Source: a virus
Taxonomy: Duplodnaviria > Heunggongvirae > Uroviricota > Caudoviricetes
Strand: one strand, 5' to 3'
Length of the DNA stretch: 64,000 nucleotides
Virus record (IMG/VR): IMGVR_UViG_3300028887_000002
Coordinates: 84,278 to 148,277 of that record
The notes under the pieces are model-generated. The model made no database searches. It had not been told where the DNA came from and worked only from the letters and a program-made list of their open reading frames with translations. Position numbers and translations under genes: made by a program. Shown here one piece after another: positions 15,899 through 26,934 of this stretch; positions within the stretch are counted from its first letter, which is position 1, and the number at the start of each line of letters is the position of its first letter.

Positions 15899-16567
15899 AT
15901 GGCTGTAAGATATGCTGTTGCAACGGGCAATTGGAATACTGAATCAACTTGGAATAATGGAACTACCCTTGGTATCCCCACAAGTGGTGACGAGGTGTAT
16001 TTGAACGGCTTTAATGTTACCGTAAGTACGACCAACATAACCTGCGGGACAATCCGTAACGACCTGTTTGCTGATACTGGGAATAGTGGGGGAAAATTGA
16101 TAGTTTCTTCTTCAAGTAACACAACAATATCATCAAACCTTATTGCTGAGAATACAATTGTAACATTGGATAACAACATTACCCTAACGGTTAATGGTGA
16201 TATAACTTGCTTGCATTCGTCAGGTACTGCGGCAATTGCAAGGAGTGGGTCTGCAACAATAGTAATCAACGGCAACGTAACCTCTAACGGCGGGTATCTG
16301 TATTCTGCAACTGGTAACGATTCAACCTCAATAACTATCAACGGCAATATAACGATTAGTGGCGGTACATTATTGTCCTATGCTACGGCACCTACGGTGT
16401 TGTTAAATAATGGAACGATAACATTGAACAGTGCGAACATAATAAACATAAGTGCCATCATAAATATTAATAGTTCTGTTCTTCCCCAGTCGGCAATTTC
16501 AAGGATGCAGAATGCCTTGACGGTTGATATTTTCCAGCAGATACTTGATGCACATTTGAATAATTAG
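15899..16567 (+). CDS. Beta-helix-like protein
   Basis: ATGNWNTESTW..IPTSGDEV; repeated ITINGNI. Confidence 0.6.
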   Translation: MAVRYAVATGNWNTESTWNNGTTLGIPTSGDEVYLNGFNVTVSTTNITCGTIRNDLFADTGNSGGKLIVSSSSNTTISSNLIAENTIVTLDNNITLTVNGDITCLHSSGTAAIARSGSATIVINGNVTSNGGYLYSATGNDSTSITINGNITISGGTLLSYATAPTVLLNNGTITLNSANIINISAIININSSVLPQSAISRMQNALTVDIFQQILDAHLNN

Positions 16568-16584
16568 CAAAAATACATAAAATT

Positions 16585-16887
16585 ATGATTATCTTCAATT
16601 TGATAAAGGACAAGAGACCGAACGGCAAGGTTGCGAAGTTCTATAATAATTATGAGAAGTTGAACTGGTTCGGAAAGATGATATGGCATATTGCATTTGT
16701 CAACTGGATTCCTATGGTGGCATCATTGGGTTTCCTGTTGTTGGTAGGAATATTGTGGAACTTTGTTGAATGTGGAACATTGTTCTATATTGCCCTTGGT
16801 ATTGTGGGCGTTGTATTTCTCCCGTGGATTATATATGGACTTGTTTCAATCATCAAGGAATGCAACGATGACGGAAGGACTTTGTAA
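16585..16887 (+). CDS. Membrane protein (holin candidate)
   Basis: 100 aa, 2 TM segments. Confidence 0.55.
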   Translation: MIIFNLIKDKRPNGKVAKFYNNYEKLNWFGKMIWHIAFVNWIPMVASLGFLLLVGILWNFVECGTLFYIALGIVGVVFLPWIIYGLVSIIKECNDDGRTL

Positions 16888-16902
16888 TTTAGAAACTGAA
16901 TT

Positions 16903-17274
16903 ATGCAACTGACGACTGTTTTCATATTGATGCTATTGTTTGTTGTCGCCGATGCGATGCAGGATGGGATTACTCACGACTTTGAGGGAACTGTGTTCAG
17001 AAACCTAAATCCAAAGTTCTTTAACCCTGACGTTTCGTGGGTGAACAAATATAAGGATGACAATCCACTGGAAGGGGAAAAGTTCTTTGGTAGCACAACC
17101 TTCCTTGTGTGGCTTACCGATTTTTGGCATCTGTTGAAGTTTATAAAGATGAACTGTGTGTGGATAGCATTATCCGTTGCAAGCGGTACTTGGTGGCTGT
17201 ACTTTGTCGGTATGACATTTCACGGGGTGGTATTTGAAGTCGCATATAGACTTATAAGAAGGAAAAAGAAATAG
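16903..17274 (+). CDS. Membrane protein
   Basis: Hydrophobic; KFFGSTTFLVWLTDFWHL. Confidence 0.7.
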   Translation: MQLTTVFILMLLFVVADAMQDGITHDFEGTVFRNLNPKFFNPDVSWVNKYKDDNPLEGEKFFGSTTFLVWLTDFWHLLKFIKMNCVWIALSVASGTWWLYFVGMTFHGVVFEVAYRLIRRKKK

Positions 17275-17280
17275 AAACCT

Positions 17281-17403
17281 ATGTTAACCCCAATGCCGTT
17301 AAGTACTTTTCTTGCTGTGTTGTTCGTCGCAATAATTGGCGTTGTCGCGATTGAGGAATATTTCAAGGACAATGATGATAACAAGGGTGGGCAATGTGCC
17401 TAG
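17281..17403 (+). CDS. 40-aa single-TM protein (not in ORF track)
   Basis: MLTPMPLSTFLAVLFVAIIGVVAIEEYFKDNDDNKGGQCA*. Confidence 0.5.
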   Translation: MLTPMPLSTFLAVLFVAIIGVVAIEEYFKDNDDNKGGQCA

Positions 17404-17455
17404 TTCTTGTTTTTGCACTATTTTTAGTAGTGGTGAAAATGATGTGAAAATATAA

Positions 17456-17989
17456 GTGAAAATATTATCTTTCAATATGTTAACAGAAGAAATTGTTAAA
17501 GAAAAAATCAATAAAAGGATTAACAAGGAATTAATAAACACTAAAAATTCCCAAAGGAAATATATTGAAATGAGTTCTATTGCATCAAATAATGGAAAGT
17601 CTCCTGAAGAAAGAAAAATAGCCATGGCAATGCGATTTTCAAGTCCGTTTGAACTTTATAATATTATCAATGAATTGGATAAGCAACTTATTGAAGAATT
17701 TTCATCATTAGCCGAGGTTAATTCTATTGTGAAGAAATCACCGCTATACAAGATGATAATGTTGAGCGAGGAAGCAATCGCTTTGTTGAATAGTCCGAAC
17801 GGCGAAAAATATGTAACGCCATATATAGAATACGGGTTTACGAAGGAGAAAATGATAAAACGAATCAGGGGTGCATTAAAGATTGCATATAACAAGTTAG
17901 GGAAGATAATTGTTAAGTACAAGCAGGATTTTCTTATGGAATCAACGGCACGTAATATTTATTCGCCAATACATTATCTATTTGATTAA
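17456..17989 (+). pseudogene. Truncated paralog of the C-terminal domain of 8484..9890
   Basis: RIRGALKIAYNKLGKIIVKYK vs RLKRTLKIAYKKIGKIIVRFK; GTG start; no HExxH. Confidence 0.5.
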
Positions 17990-18037
17990 AATTTCAAATT
18001 TCCCAACTATTTATTTAATAAAAAAATATTTTGACAA

Positions 18038-19903
18038 ATGGTTAACGGTATAACATACTTTAGGCTTGTATCGAACTACTATGAGGGCGATACTACGAAG
18101 AGGTCGGGTCTTGAAGGGTGTGACATTGACAGGAACTTCTATTTTATTGAAGGAAAGACAATAAAGGAGGTTTTTGTTTCCGAGGACAGACGTGACCTGG
18201 TGATAAAACTTATGGACGGCACTGAAATAGTTGCCGAAAACGCATTCGGTTCAATATCTGACAACTTCTCATTCGATTTCGATGAGGAAACTGGTACTTT
18301 GACAATAAAGTATCTTGGCGAAATTCTTGATGAACTTACTGGCTTTGTAAGCCGAGGCATAATGGAGGAATATGTTTCCGAAAGCAACAGTATCTACACT
18401 GACAATACACTTGTAGGCAACGGCAATATGAGAATGCCTCTTGGTATTCATCCGATGCACCGCACTGGTCTTTATCGTGCTGTTGACAGGTTTATAGATT
18501 CGCGTATAGGTGAAACATTGCCTTCCCCATCGGAAATCGGTGTAGGAGACAGGTTCCTGACCAACGAGGAATTCTCGACCTTCGGCATACTCTACAATTT
18601 TGACGGAGTAAAGAGATTGAAGGAACGTCTTGCAGAAGCGAATTCGCCTTGGAGGATTCCGACAAAGGAAGATTGGGATGATATGCTGAATGCAATTGAA
18701 CCAGACCCAGAATATGCAAATCACGATTCTTATTCGTGCAACAGGTACTTTGGGCAGATGGCTGGTGCAATATTGAGGCAGAACGGAATGTGGACGCTTG
18801 TGAATCCAGTTCCGAACATTCCAGTTGAACAGAATGTAAACAGTAACGATGAAGATGAGGATGGTATCGGCGGTGACTACAGCAACAGTCCGTATTGCCC
18901 TTCACCAATAAGCGACAACCCCGATTTCCTCTGCTTGAACGACTATGGTTTTGACGCTTTGCCGTCTGGCTATTCAAACGACTCCAAGGACTTGGTTTAT
19001 TTTTACGGGGACATTTACGGCGACCCAGGCGAGGTTGTTGAACGGACTGGGTTCTGGACTTCAACTACAAGAAACGACAACAGTGCATACATCAAGCGTA
19101 TTGACAATATGTCGGACAAGATATATCAGGACATTGTTGACGGGTCGGACTATTACTCAATAAGGCTTGTAAAGGATTATACCTATGACAACTATTCCGA
19201 GAGTGAGGAAATCCTTGACGAGACCTACACTACCTGCCTGATGCCTTCAAAGACCAGCGGTCATAAGGTTTGGACTTCGATGAATATTTCAATCGGCGTT
19301 GGAAAATGCAGGTGCTTCAGACCTTCAAAGTATGATGGTGTCAATGTGAGGTATTTTATTTGGGAATGGGACGGAGTTAAGTGGATGCGTAATGAACTCA
19401 GACGTGGCGAGGCTGTCTATATTGACCAGATGGATGAATATACCTATGTTTCTTTTGAACCGACTGACAGTGAGGTTCCAGAAATGGAATGGGAATGCTT
19501 CAATACAGTTGAGGAAATGCCAAAGGCAAGCGCAGTTTCTTCCGAATATGTTGCAGTTGGTAACTGCGTGTTTCAGTATCAGAAATTAAGCGGGACAGAT
19601 TACCCCGAAGCAGTTGAAGTTTCAGATATTCCCGACCCGATTACTATTGATTCTCCACGATATATCAAGATATTTGTAAGTGAAGGTACTTTGTGCTATT
19701 ACAAGTACTTCGAAAAGGTTCTCATTGAAGCCGATGAATATTACAAGAAGGAAACCACTACAACCTTTGACAGCGGTATCTACCTGTTGAAGAAGGTTAA
19801 GGTTGGCGACAAGTACACTATGGAACTCATACTAATCACTGGCGGTGGAACTGGAACCGACAAGACGTTCGAAGATATTCCTTCCGACTGGATGGGTAAC
19901 TAA
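18038..19903 (+). CDS. Virion protein with Fibrobacter succinogenes major paralogous (FISUMP) domain
   Basis: GILYNF, WRIPTKEDW, NDYGFDALPSG, FWTST, YSIRLVKD. Confidence 0.75.
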   Translation: MVNGITYFRLVSNYYEGDTTKRSGLEGCDIDRNFYFIEGKTIKEVFVSEDRRDLVIKLMDGTEIVAENAFGSISDNFSFDFDEETGTLTIKYLGEILDELTGFVSRGIMEEYVSESNSIYTDNTLVGNGNMRMPLGIHPMHRTGLYRAVDRFIDSRIGETLPSPSEIGVGDRFLTNEEFSTFGILYNFDGVKRLKERLAEANSPWRIPTKEDWDDMLNAIEPDPEYANHDSYSCNRYFGQMAGAILRQNGMWTLVNPVPNIPVEQNVNSNDEDEDGIGGDYSNSPYCPSPISDNPDFLCLNDYGFDALPSGYSNDSKDLVYFYGDIYGDPGEVVERTGFWTSTTRNDNSAYIKRIDNMSDKIYQDIVDGSDYYSIRLVKDYTYDNYSESEEILDETYTTCLMPSKTSGHKVWTSMNISIGVGKCRCFRPSKYDGVNVRYFIWEWDGVKWMRNELRRGEAVYIDQMDEYTYVSFEPTDSEVPEMEWECFNTVEEMPKASAVSSEYVAVGNCVFQYQKLSGTDYPEAVEVSDIPDPITIDSPRYIKIFVSEGTLCYYKYFEKVLIEADEYYKKETTTTFDSGIYLLKKVKVGDKYTMELILITGGGTGTDKTFEDIPSDWMGN

Positions 19904-20003
19904 TTGAAGAGACATTTGGTTCAGGCAGGAAGATTTTTCTTGCTTGAACTTTTTTAAGAAGAAACATTGAAAATAATTTGAAATACCAAAATTTGAAAAA
20001 CAT

Positions 20004-22994
20004 ATGAACGGCATAACATACTACCAGACACGTTCGCCTTACAGGGGTGACTTTACCAAGAACTGTAGCCTTAATGGTTTTGAGATAGATTCCAACTTCC
20101 TCAACCTTGAGGGTAGGGATATAAGACGTATGTATACGAGGGGTTGTACCTTGTATGCTGAACTGTATAACGGCGAAACCATCAGCACGACAATTGATTC
20201 CTGCGGGGGCGGAAGTGGTAGCGGTTCGTGCGACTGTGAAAGGGAAATTAACTATCTGGAAGGTGAACGGGATGTTGTTGTAAGATATAACTATTCAATT
20301 GATGGTATTGGTAACTTTGATATATCAGTCGAATGCAGGCTTACCATAAGCGGATTAACAGATATTGGTGAAGCGTCATCGTCCCAAATAAACAATTTAA
20401 CCTTCACACCACTTGGGGAGGAAGAGCCATATAATAGTTTTGAAATTAGCGGAACATATAATAATATACCAATACATATATATACAAGAGGTGCTTTGCT
20501 TACTCAGGGTATATTTAGTGATAGCCAATTTCAAACAAGAATCGGTACTTGTGATGTAATGGTAATCCGAGGTACATATAGTGGGGCTTTAAACGCAGAT
20601 AAGGAAAATATATTTAGGTTTCCAATACTTGACATTGATGGAAGTGGTGAAGAATTAGTCTTTAATGAAAATAGTAGATTTACTTACTCCGACAATGATT
20701 TTGAAATAATGTCTTCAACTTCAAACTACATAATAATAGCACTATCCGACCGTATTGGGAATGTTATTAATACTTGTTATTTAATGGAAGACGGTCATTT
20801 CCAAATCAGTATTTTTTGGTTACCACAGGAGGTAGACCTTATGACCTCTATTACCTGGTCGGAATTAAAGTCACTTAGGGATAACTCGCAACTTATCCCT
20901 GGGATGCAATATAGGATAATAGATTATGACTGCACAACAGTACAGGAAGACACTGATTCTGCACATCATCCGTTCGATATTATAGTGTTTGCTGATGATG
21001 AACATACATTGAATGAGAATGCAAGGGCATGTAAAAGTGAAAGTGATTATCCATCATTAATAATTGAACGAAGTAATGGAGTGCAAGTACTTCTTAAATA
21101 TAGTCAAATGTATACCTATGATGGTATAGAATATGCTTTATTAAGTGATGATGGTAGTGTCGGGTTTGCTTGTCTGTATAAATATGGTAATTTCTATTTT
21201 ATAATCCAAATAGAACCCGAAGGCGCTCAATTGGTTGATTTTGAAACTTTTAAAGAACGGTTTAATACTGAATTTCCCCAAGCGCCACAGATTGTTAGTA
21301 TGGATATAATTAATAGTTATTTTTCAAATTCCAACCTGAATGCATGGGAGTTAAAATACTGCTTGGACAATGATACCAATAGGTTTGGGTGGGCGGCCAA
21401 AATGAATGCAACTATAATATTTGAGAGTAAATACATGTATAATAATAATGGTTATACTATTGTATTAGGACTTAAATTTATTAAAATGGAAACTATTAAT
21501 GATGAAGATTATTTTGTTTTCCAATATGATGATTCTATTGTGACTCCAATCGTACAAACACCATTTTATATTAGCGGTTCAGGTGCATATAATATTGAAA
21601 AGTTATATTATAAGACACAAAACTTATCTGATTCGCCATTTGATGAATATGGTCATTTGTTACAAGGGAAACTCTTTATTTATGATGAAACTACTACTGA
21701 TAGTATGATAGATATTTTAAGTATAATTGATGCAGGTAGTTTTTTTGAGGGGAGATATATTGCGGATACCAACGAAGGTAAAGGTGTAATATATTATATG
21801 AAAGATGAGTGGAATAATGAATGCCCTTATGATTTTAAGAACATTCAGTTTAAACGGCATTATCTTACTGATGAACTTAGTGTTTTAAATGGATTTATTT
21901 CATTTGATGGGAATGTACCAGAAAACATAAGTAGTTTAAATATACCTATATCAACAAGTGCAAGTTATATTGATTTGGATAGTGAACAATACCCGTATTC
22001 TACTCATAATCCATATTATAGTACGGGTAATACCATAATAATACAATCACAATTATATTATAATTGGTCCTATTCTGAAGGTGGTAATGAATTCTCGGTT
22101 TACACTGAAAATGAAATACCTACTGCTGGTGATAAGGTATACAACCATAGTGGTACTGAAATTGGCGAAGTTAAAGGCTATACACCTGCAACATCGGTCT
22201 ATAGATTTGAAGTTGATAAAAATGAATCATACTTGTATACTTTCGATATATTTGTGAATGATGTACATTATGACAAGTCCGTTTATAACAATAATATTCT
22301 TTATTGTTCCAATAATATATTAGGATTATTAAATAACGGTAATAGTTTGCCTATACTTCAAATTCTTAACAATACAGTTTTTTCAACATTCTCAGAAACA
22401 AAATATGTTGTTGGAAACAAATTTGGAGTTGCAAACAAAGACAATACATTTTCACAAGAAACTGTTGAAAATAATTTTGGTGATAACTGTATTGGAAATA
22501 TTGTATTTGTTACTAGGTTTAACACTTTCGGGGATAATTTCAATAATAATGTTATAGGCCGTTCTGATGGTTTTAATAGTAATATCATAGGTAATGATTT
22601 CAGTGAAAATCTTATTATGGTAAATGAGGATAATGGAAAAACTTTTTTCCTAATGAATGTATTTGGCAATAGTGTGTATCAAAATACATTCGGGAACGAT
22701 GTTTGCAATAACACATTCGGGAACAGTGTGTACCAAAATACATTCGGGAACTGTGTACGGCAACTTACTGTTTTTGATGGTGTTACTTATGTATCGGTTA
22801 CTGGAGGAAGTTCGGCAAATTCGTATATTCAAAATGCTCAAATTCTCAACGGAACATGTGGGTCTGGAACTGGTACTGATGCTTATTTACCAATAGATTT
22901 TGCACCGAACTTATCTTGTACGCAAATCGCTGGACTTGATAGTAATGATGTTTTACGGATTTGGAAACCAGCGGATTTGATACCAGCACCATAA
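20004..22994 (+). CDS. Mosaic fibre/adhesin with NTFGN beta-helix repeats
   Basis: N-terminus shared with 18038 gene; KDEWNNECPYDFKNIQF; 9-aa repeats near C-terminus. Confidence 0.7.
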   Translation: MNGITYYQTRSPYRGDFTKNCSLNGFEIDSNFLNLEGRDIRRMYTRGCTLYAELYNGETISTTIDSCGGGSGSGSCDCEREINYLEGERDVVVRYNYSIDGIGNFDISVECRLTISGLTDIGEASSSQINNLTFTPLGEEEPYNSFEISGTYNNIPIHIYTRGALLTQGIFSDSQFQTRIGTCDVMVIRGTYSGALNADKENIFRFPILDIDGSGEELVFNENSRFTYSDNDFEIMSSTSNYIIIALSDRIGNVINTCYLMEDGHFQISIFWLPQEVDLMTSITWSELKSLRDNSQLIPGMQYRIIDYDCTTVQEDTDSAHHPFDIIVFADDEHTLNENARACKSESDYPSLIIERSNGVQVLLKYSQMYTYDGIEYALLSDDGSVGFACLYKYGNFYFIIQIEPEGAQLVDFETFKERFNTEFPQAPQIVSMDIINSYFSNSNLNAWELKYCLDNDTNRFGWAAKMNATIIFESKYMYNNNGYTIVLGLKFIKMETINDEDYFVFQYDDSIVTPIVQTPFYISGSGAYNIEKLYYKTQNLSDSPFDEYGHLLQGKLFIYDETTTDSMIDILSIIDAGSFFEGRYIADTNEGKGVIYYMKDEWNNECPYDFKNIQFKRHYLTDELSVLNGFISFDGNVPENISSLNIPISTSASYIDLDSEQYPYSTHNPYYSTGNTIIIQSQLYYNWSYSEGGNEFSVYTENEIPTAGDKVYNHSGTEIGEVKGYTPATSVYRFEVDKNESYLYTFDIFVNDVHYDKSVYNNNILYCSNNILGLLNNGNSLPILQILNNTVFSTFSETKYVVGNKFGVANKDNTFSQETVENNFGDNCIGNIVFVTRFNTFGDNFNNNVIGRSDGFNSNIIGNDFSENLIMVNEDNGKTFFLMNVFGNSVYQNTFGNDVCNNTFGNSVYQNTFGNCVRQLTVFDGVTYVSVTGGSSANSYIQNAQILNGTCGSGTGTDAYLPIDFAPNLSCTQIAGLDSNDVLRIWKPADLIPAP
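22660..22753 (+). repeat. 27-bp coding tandem repeat (NTFGN)
   Basis: acattcgggaac three times at 27-nt spacing. Confidence 0.8.
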
Positions 22995-22999
22995 ATATT

Positions 23000-23233
23000 T
23001 TATGTGTTAGTTTTTCGCTTTTTTGACCTGACTGAAATCTCCAATTCCTTGTTAAGTAGCATATCAAAAATTTGATGTTCACCTTCCAAATTCACGGAGG
23101 TTATGGTAATTGAAAGGATTTCTGGGTTCTTGCCGTTCATATTGTATATTTCGGTGGATTTTATAGTCCCATCGTCATTACAATGCAATAGTTCATTTGT
23201 CAGTCCTCTAAATTCTATAGTTTGCCCTTCCAT
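23000..23233 (-). CDS. Hypothetical protein
   Basis: TAATG-coupled to the upstream gene. Confidence 0.7.
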   Translation of the reverse strand: MEGQTIEFRGLTNELLHCNDDGTIKSTEIYNMNGKNPEILSITITSVNLEGEHQIFDMLLNKELEISVRSKKRKTNT

Positions 23234-24021
23234 TAGTCGTTCAAACTCCTTACCTCGTATATTGTAAGCAACGGGTTTCCTTCAATGGTTGAAATGAAGG
23301 TATCGTAATAGTTCTTAACCCATTCCTTGTCGCTTATATTGTAGTTCAACTCGTGGTATTCGCCGTACTTGTCAATAACCCCGTAAGTCCAGAAACTGCA
23401 TGAATGTAAAACATAATCCTCCTTGCTGTCAAAGTTTACAAAATATGAAGACCTGTTAATCATATTGTCGCGCAACTTGACTTCATAGTCAGTCTTGGGT
23501 TCTCTGCCTTCAACACATAGTTCCCATACTGTTTCATATACATTCCGTCCGTAAAGGTGGTTCTTTGGCCAATCTATATCATTGAACCTTGCGGAATATG
23601 ATTTACTTCCATCCTTCAATTTGAAAGGTGAACTGAATTCAGCCTCAGTGCCTTCCTTTATTAATCTGTCCTGGTAACATTTGGGGCTTCGATAAAAAGC
23701 CTGCGGGTTACTGGTGGTATAAGCATTGTGGTTTTCATCATATTCACATCCTTCGGTGAGGTAGTCGAAATATTCGGCGTCACTCATATCAGTCAATACT
23801 TGATAAAGTTTTCCGTAACGTTCAAGTTGGACTTCCGTAAGTTTCAAAACCTTTGAATCAAGGATATCCTTTATCAGGGCTACGTGATGGTTATGTAGTG
23901 ACTTAGCCATATCAAATGGATATAGCATATATTTATCAACAGGATGCTCAAGATTGTATTTCTGTATAAGTTCCTCGTGGCAGTCTCCTATTACGAGGAC
24001 GGTTCTCATTACGCTTCTCAT
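23233..24021 (-). CDS. Hypothetical protein
   Basis: 262-aa ORF in operon. Confidence 0.8.
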   Translation of the reverse strand: MRSVMRTVLVIGDCHEELIQKYNLEHPVDKYMLYPFDMAKSLHNHHVALIKDILDSKVLKLTEVQLERYGKLYQVLTDMSDAEYFDYLTEGCEYDENHNAYTTSNPQAFYRSPKCYQDRLIKEGTEAEFSSPFKLKDGSKSYSARFNDIDWPKNHLYGRNVYETVWELCVEGREPKTDYEVKLRDNMINRSSYFVNFDSKEDYVLHSCSFWTYGVIDKYGEYHELNYNISDKEWVKNYYDTFISTIEGNPLLTIYEVRSLND

Positions 24022-24027
24022 AATTCA

Positions 24028-24258
24028 CTAATAGATTTTTCCAACGTTAGTTCTGAATGGGATTTCCTTTAAATAGTGCGGTTTTTCCAATTCACTCTTT
24101 ATAAAATCCGAAAAGAATTCATATAACCATGGTTCCACTGGTACACAGTTGAACAGTATTCTATTGTCAATGATACAGATTTCAGCATTTGCAGGTATTT
24201 CACCCATCTTGCACGAAAATGGCCTTACAAATACAAAGTTATGTGCGTTAGTTGTCAT
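24028..24258 (-). CDS. Hypothetical protein
   Basis: ORF in operon. Confidence 0.7.
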   Translation of the reverse strand: MTTNAHNFVFVRPFSCKMGEIPANAEICIIDNRILFNCVPVEPWLYEFFSDFIKSELEKPHYLKEIPFRTNVGKIY

Positions 24259-24277
24259 AGTTCAAATTAAATTTCTG

Positions 24278-24490
24278 CTAATTATTCAACCTTACGGTTA
24301 TTGACGGGTCAACGAATGTAAATTCACTCTCATTGTATTCCATATATACACCGAAAGGTATGCTTTCTATTCCGCTGTTCTGTATGCAAATACCCTTGTT
24401 GGGTTCACAGAACATCACTACTGCGTTCTTATTGTCTTCCGTCTTGCCTCCGAGGTACGGATATGTTCTATTTTCTACGTTTGATTCCAT
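24278..24490 (-). CDS. Hypothetical protein
   Basis: ORF in operon. Confidence 0.7.
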   Translation of the reverse strand: MESNVENRTYPYLGGKTEDNKNAVVMFCEPNKGICIQNSGIESIPFGVYMEYNESEFTFVDPSITVRLNN

Positions 24491-24511
24491 GTCTGTTAAT
24501 TGTTTTGATTG

Positions 24512-24706
24512 TTATTTTTCTTCTTGACGCTTAACAATATCCTGCGACATAACTATATATTCGGGCGGTTGTGGTAGTTCGTTAAAATATTTCTCAAATT
24601 CAATGCACTTGTCACACTCAAACACAACATTTTCCTTGTTGCCGTCATTCAATTCTACGCAGTATGTGTTATAATTTTTGTCAAAAGTCACTTTTATCTT
24701 CTTCAT
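24512..24706 (-). CDS. Hypothetical protein
   Basis: ORF in operon. Confidence 0.7.
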   Translation of the reverse strand: MKKIKVTFDKNYNTYCVELNDGNKENVVFECDKCIEFEKYFNELPQPPEYIVMSQDIVKRQEEK

Positions 24707-24717
24707 ATTATTTGAAA

Positions 24718-25620
24718 TTATTTGTTTTCGTTAATTTCATTTAAATATAAATCTCTCAATGCAATTCCAAGATATTTTGCACCGCTTTGGCCGAACCAGT
24801 ATTTTTTACTGAAAAGTTGCCCTTTTCCGTCAACAAAGTTATAACCTTTGTCCTTTATGAATATCTTTCCGAACCCATTTTCAAATGGGAAACACTCATC
24901 ATACCAGTTTTCGTGTCCCATATATTTTGCATCATCATTAATGTATTTACCTTCCTTGTTAATATACATCCATTTCAAATATTTTCCACCAGAACCGTCC
25001 ATTACTGAGAAAATCATACATATTCCTGCATAATCATTATGGAATGCGGTTGCATCAGTAAAGAAACGTCCACCAAATGCTTTTTCTAAATTCTTGTCAT
25101 AATAGTACCACATATTATATATTTTCACCAAAGAATATCCACAGGAGAAATTGTCAATATATTCAGCCTTATCAATGAAGGTTATATTTCCCTTTGTGTC
25201 AGCATATCCCCACTTAGTGTCATACCTTACTGGCGCATAATCCCCTTCTGTGAAGTCGCCGACATTGTTAGCCCATTCCTTTAACAGGAACTCACCGTTC
25301 TCATTCATAAAGTTCCAGCGGTTCTTATCGTTGCAGATAGGAATAAAACCATTAATAAATTCACCAGTCAACAACATATGGGGATATTGTGACATATCAG
25401 CCTCAGTAGTTACAGTTGCAGTATGAATATGAAAAACACCCATGCGATAGGTTGGTTCTACCATATCAGTCTCCAATATATACCAGTGCTTGCTGTTCTT
25501 ATATGGAACATATTGAAAACTATGGGGTATAGTATCATATACAGCAATTATGTTGGCATCATTACCAACTACCGACCCGTAGGGCAGTGTGTTTTCTGTA
25601 ACTAATATGACTTGTATCAT
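24718..25620 (-). CDS. WG-repeat (KWG) protein
   Basis: RWNFMNENGE, KWGYADTKGN, KWMYINKEGK, GYNFVDGKGQ. Confidence 0.75.
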   Translation of the reverse strand: MIQVILVTENTLPYGSVVGNDANIIAVYDTIPHSFQYVPYKNSKHWYILETDMVEPTYRMGVFHIHTATVTTEADMSQYPHMLLTGEFINGFIPICNDKNRWNFMNENGEFLLKEWANNVGDFTEGDYAPVRYDTKWGYADTKGNITFIDKAEYIDNFSCGYSLVKIYNMWYYYDKNLEKAFGGRFFTDATAFHNDYAGICMIFSVMDGSGGKYLKWMYINKEGKYINDDAKYMGHENWYDECFPFENGFGKIFIKDKGYNFVDGKGQLFSKKYWFGQSGAKYLGIALRDLYLNEINENK

Positions 25621-25639
25621 CTGTGAGTAGTTTTCTTAA

Positions 25640-25668
25640 AATATAGGGATGATGGGGAAGAAAAACAA
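25640..25668 (-). promoter_or_regulatory. Sigma70-like phage promoter
   Basis: TTGTTT-N17-TATATT. Confidence 0.55.
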
Positions 25669-25677
25669 TATCAAGCA

Positions 25678-26838
25678 TCAATCTTTGAAACTAAGATATG
25701 GAAAATATATCGTTGGCTTCTGAACTTCATCAACACCATATTGTGTTATATCCATTTGTTTCAATAACGCAATCAAGACATCAACAACAATTGAGTTTCC
25801 TGCTTGCTGGTACATCGCGGTGTCTGAACAGACTATCTTGAAATCATCACGAAAGCCCATAAGTCTTAAACATTCGCGGGGCGTTAACTTTCTAAACCTC
25901 CCTGTGTGAGAGACATAGTTATCAATTCCTGCGCGGTGCATCTTATGCATTGAGTGAAGCAACGGCCTTGCAACATCAAGGTCGGTTTCGGTTGAAGTCT
26001 TGAAGTTCTTTGTACCTTCCGTCTTTATGAACTTGGTCATCTTTTCGGAAAGGTAGTATTTTTCAAGAACATCCTTGACTGGGAATACAAACTCATCAAA
26101 TCTTGGATTGTTATAGTCGCCATTGTCGCGTGGAGTTATAAATTTCTGATTTTCACCTTCAATATAAAACCTGTCATCCTTGAAATCCTCAAGAAAATCA
26201 TACATTCTGCATTTCAGTTCAATTGGTTTGGGGTATTGAAACTCTGTTTTCTCTTTAAATCCCAAACAATATAACCTTCTTCGGTTCTGCGGAATTCCAT
26301 AATCACAACTATTCAAGATTCTAAACTTCACATCATAGCCAAATTCTTCAAATATATCGTGGATGACATTCCAAGTCCTACCATTGTCGTGAGTTAACAA
26401 ACCACGGACGTTTTCAAACAGAAAGACTTTAGGCTGAGTCTTCTTGATAACTCTTGCAAACTCATAGAACAATGTACCTCTTGCATCCTCAAACCCTAAC
26501 TTGTGACCGACACTTGAAAATGCCTGACAGGGAGCACCACCTACAATAAAATCAACCTTACCCTTATATTTGGTTGCATCAAAGTCCCTAATGTCAGTGA
26601 ACCAATCGCCTTCGTTAATATCATAGTTTGCGAAATAACTCTTCTTGACGTTCAGTTCAATGTCGCCAGCAAAAACAATCTTGTGTTTAAGTCCCAGCCT
26701 TTGGAAAGCATGTTCTATTGCTCCAATCCCGCTGAACAACGTACCAACACGTACAATCCTTTCGGGGAACTGAAAAGGTTTTTCCTTCCAGTTAGTGTTA
26801 TAGTCAATTGCAGTCTCCTTCAGTTCTTGAAATTCCAA
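25678..26838 (-). CDS. dcm: DNA (cytosine-5) methyltransferase 2
   Basis: LFSGIG, GAPCQAFS, FENVRGL, PQNRRR, QAGNS; only a TTG start; in frame with the upstream MTase. Confidence 0.9.
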   Translation of the reverse strand: MEFQELKETAIDYNTNWKEKPFQFPERIVRVGTLFSGIGAIEHAFQRLGLKHKIVFAGDIELNVKKSYFANYDINEGDWFTDIRDFDATKYKGKVDFIVGGAPCQAFSSVGHKLGFEDARGTLFYEFARVIKKTQPKVFLFENVRGLLTHDNGRTWNVIHDIFEEFGYDVKFRILNSCDYGIPQNRRRLYCLGFKEKTEFQYPKPIELKCRMYDFLEDFKDDRFYIEGENQKFITPRDNGDYNNPRFDEFVFPVKDVLEKYYLSEKMTKFIKTEGTKNFKTSTETDLDVARPLLHSMHKMHRAGIDNYVSHTGRFRKLTPRECLRLMGFRDDFKIVCSDTAMYQQAGNSIVVDVLIALLKQMDITQYGVDEVQKPTIYFPYLSFKD

Positions 26839-26934
26839 TTGTTCGGAATGTTCCCTTATGACTTTCTTTGCTTCAACTATCTTGTCGGATGTTTCACTGA
26901 TGTGGTCGTCAATCTTTGTTATAATATCTTCTTT

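Noticed and set aside
18038-22994. Diversity-generating retroelement
   Set aside because: A FISUMP domain is present, but no reverse transcriptase or TR/VR pair was seen in the window
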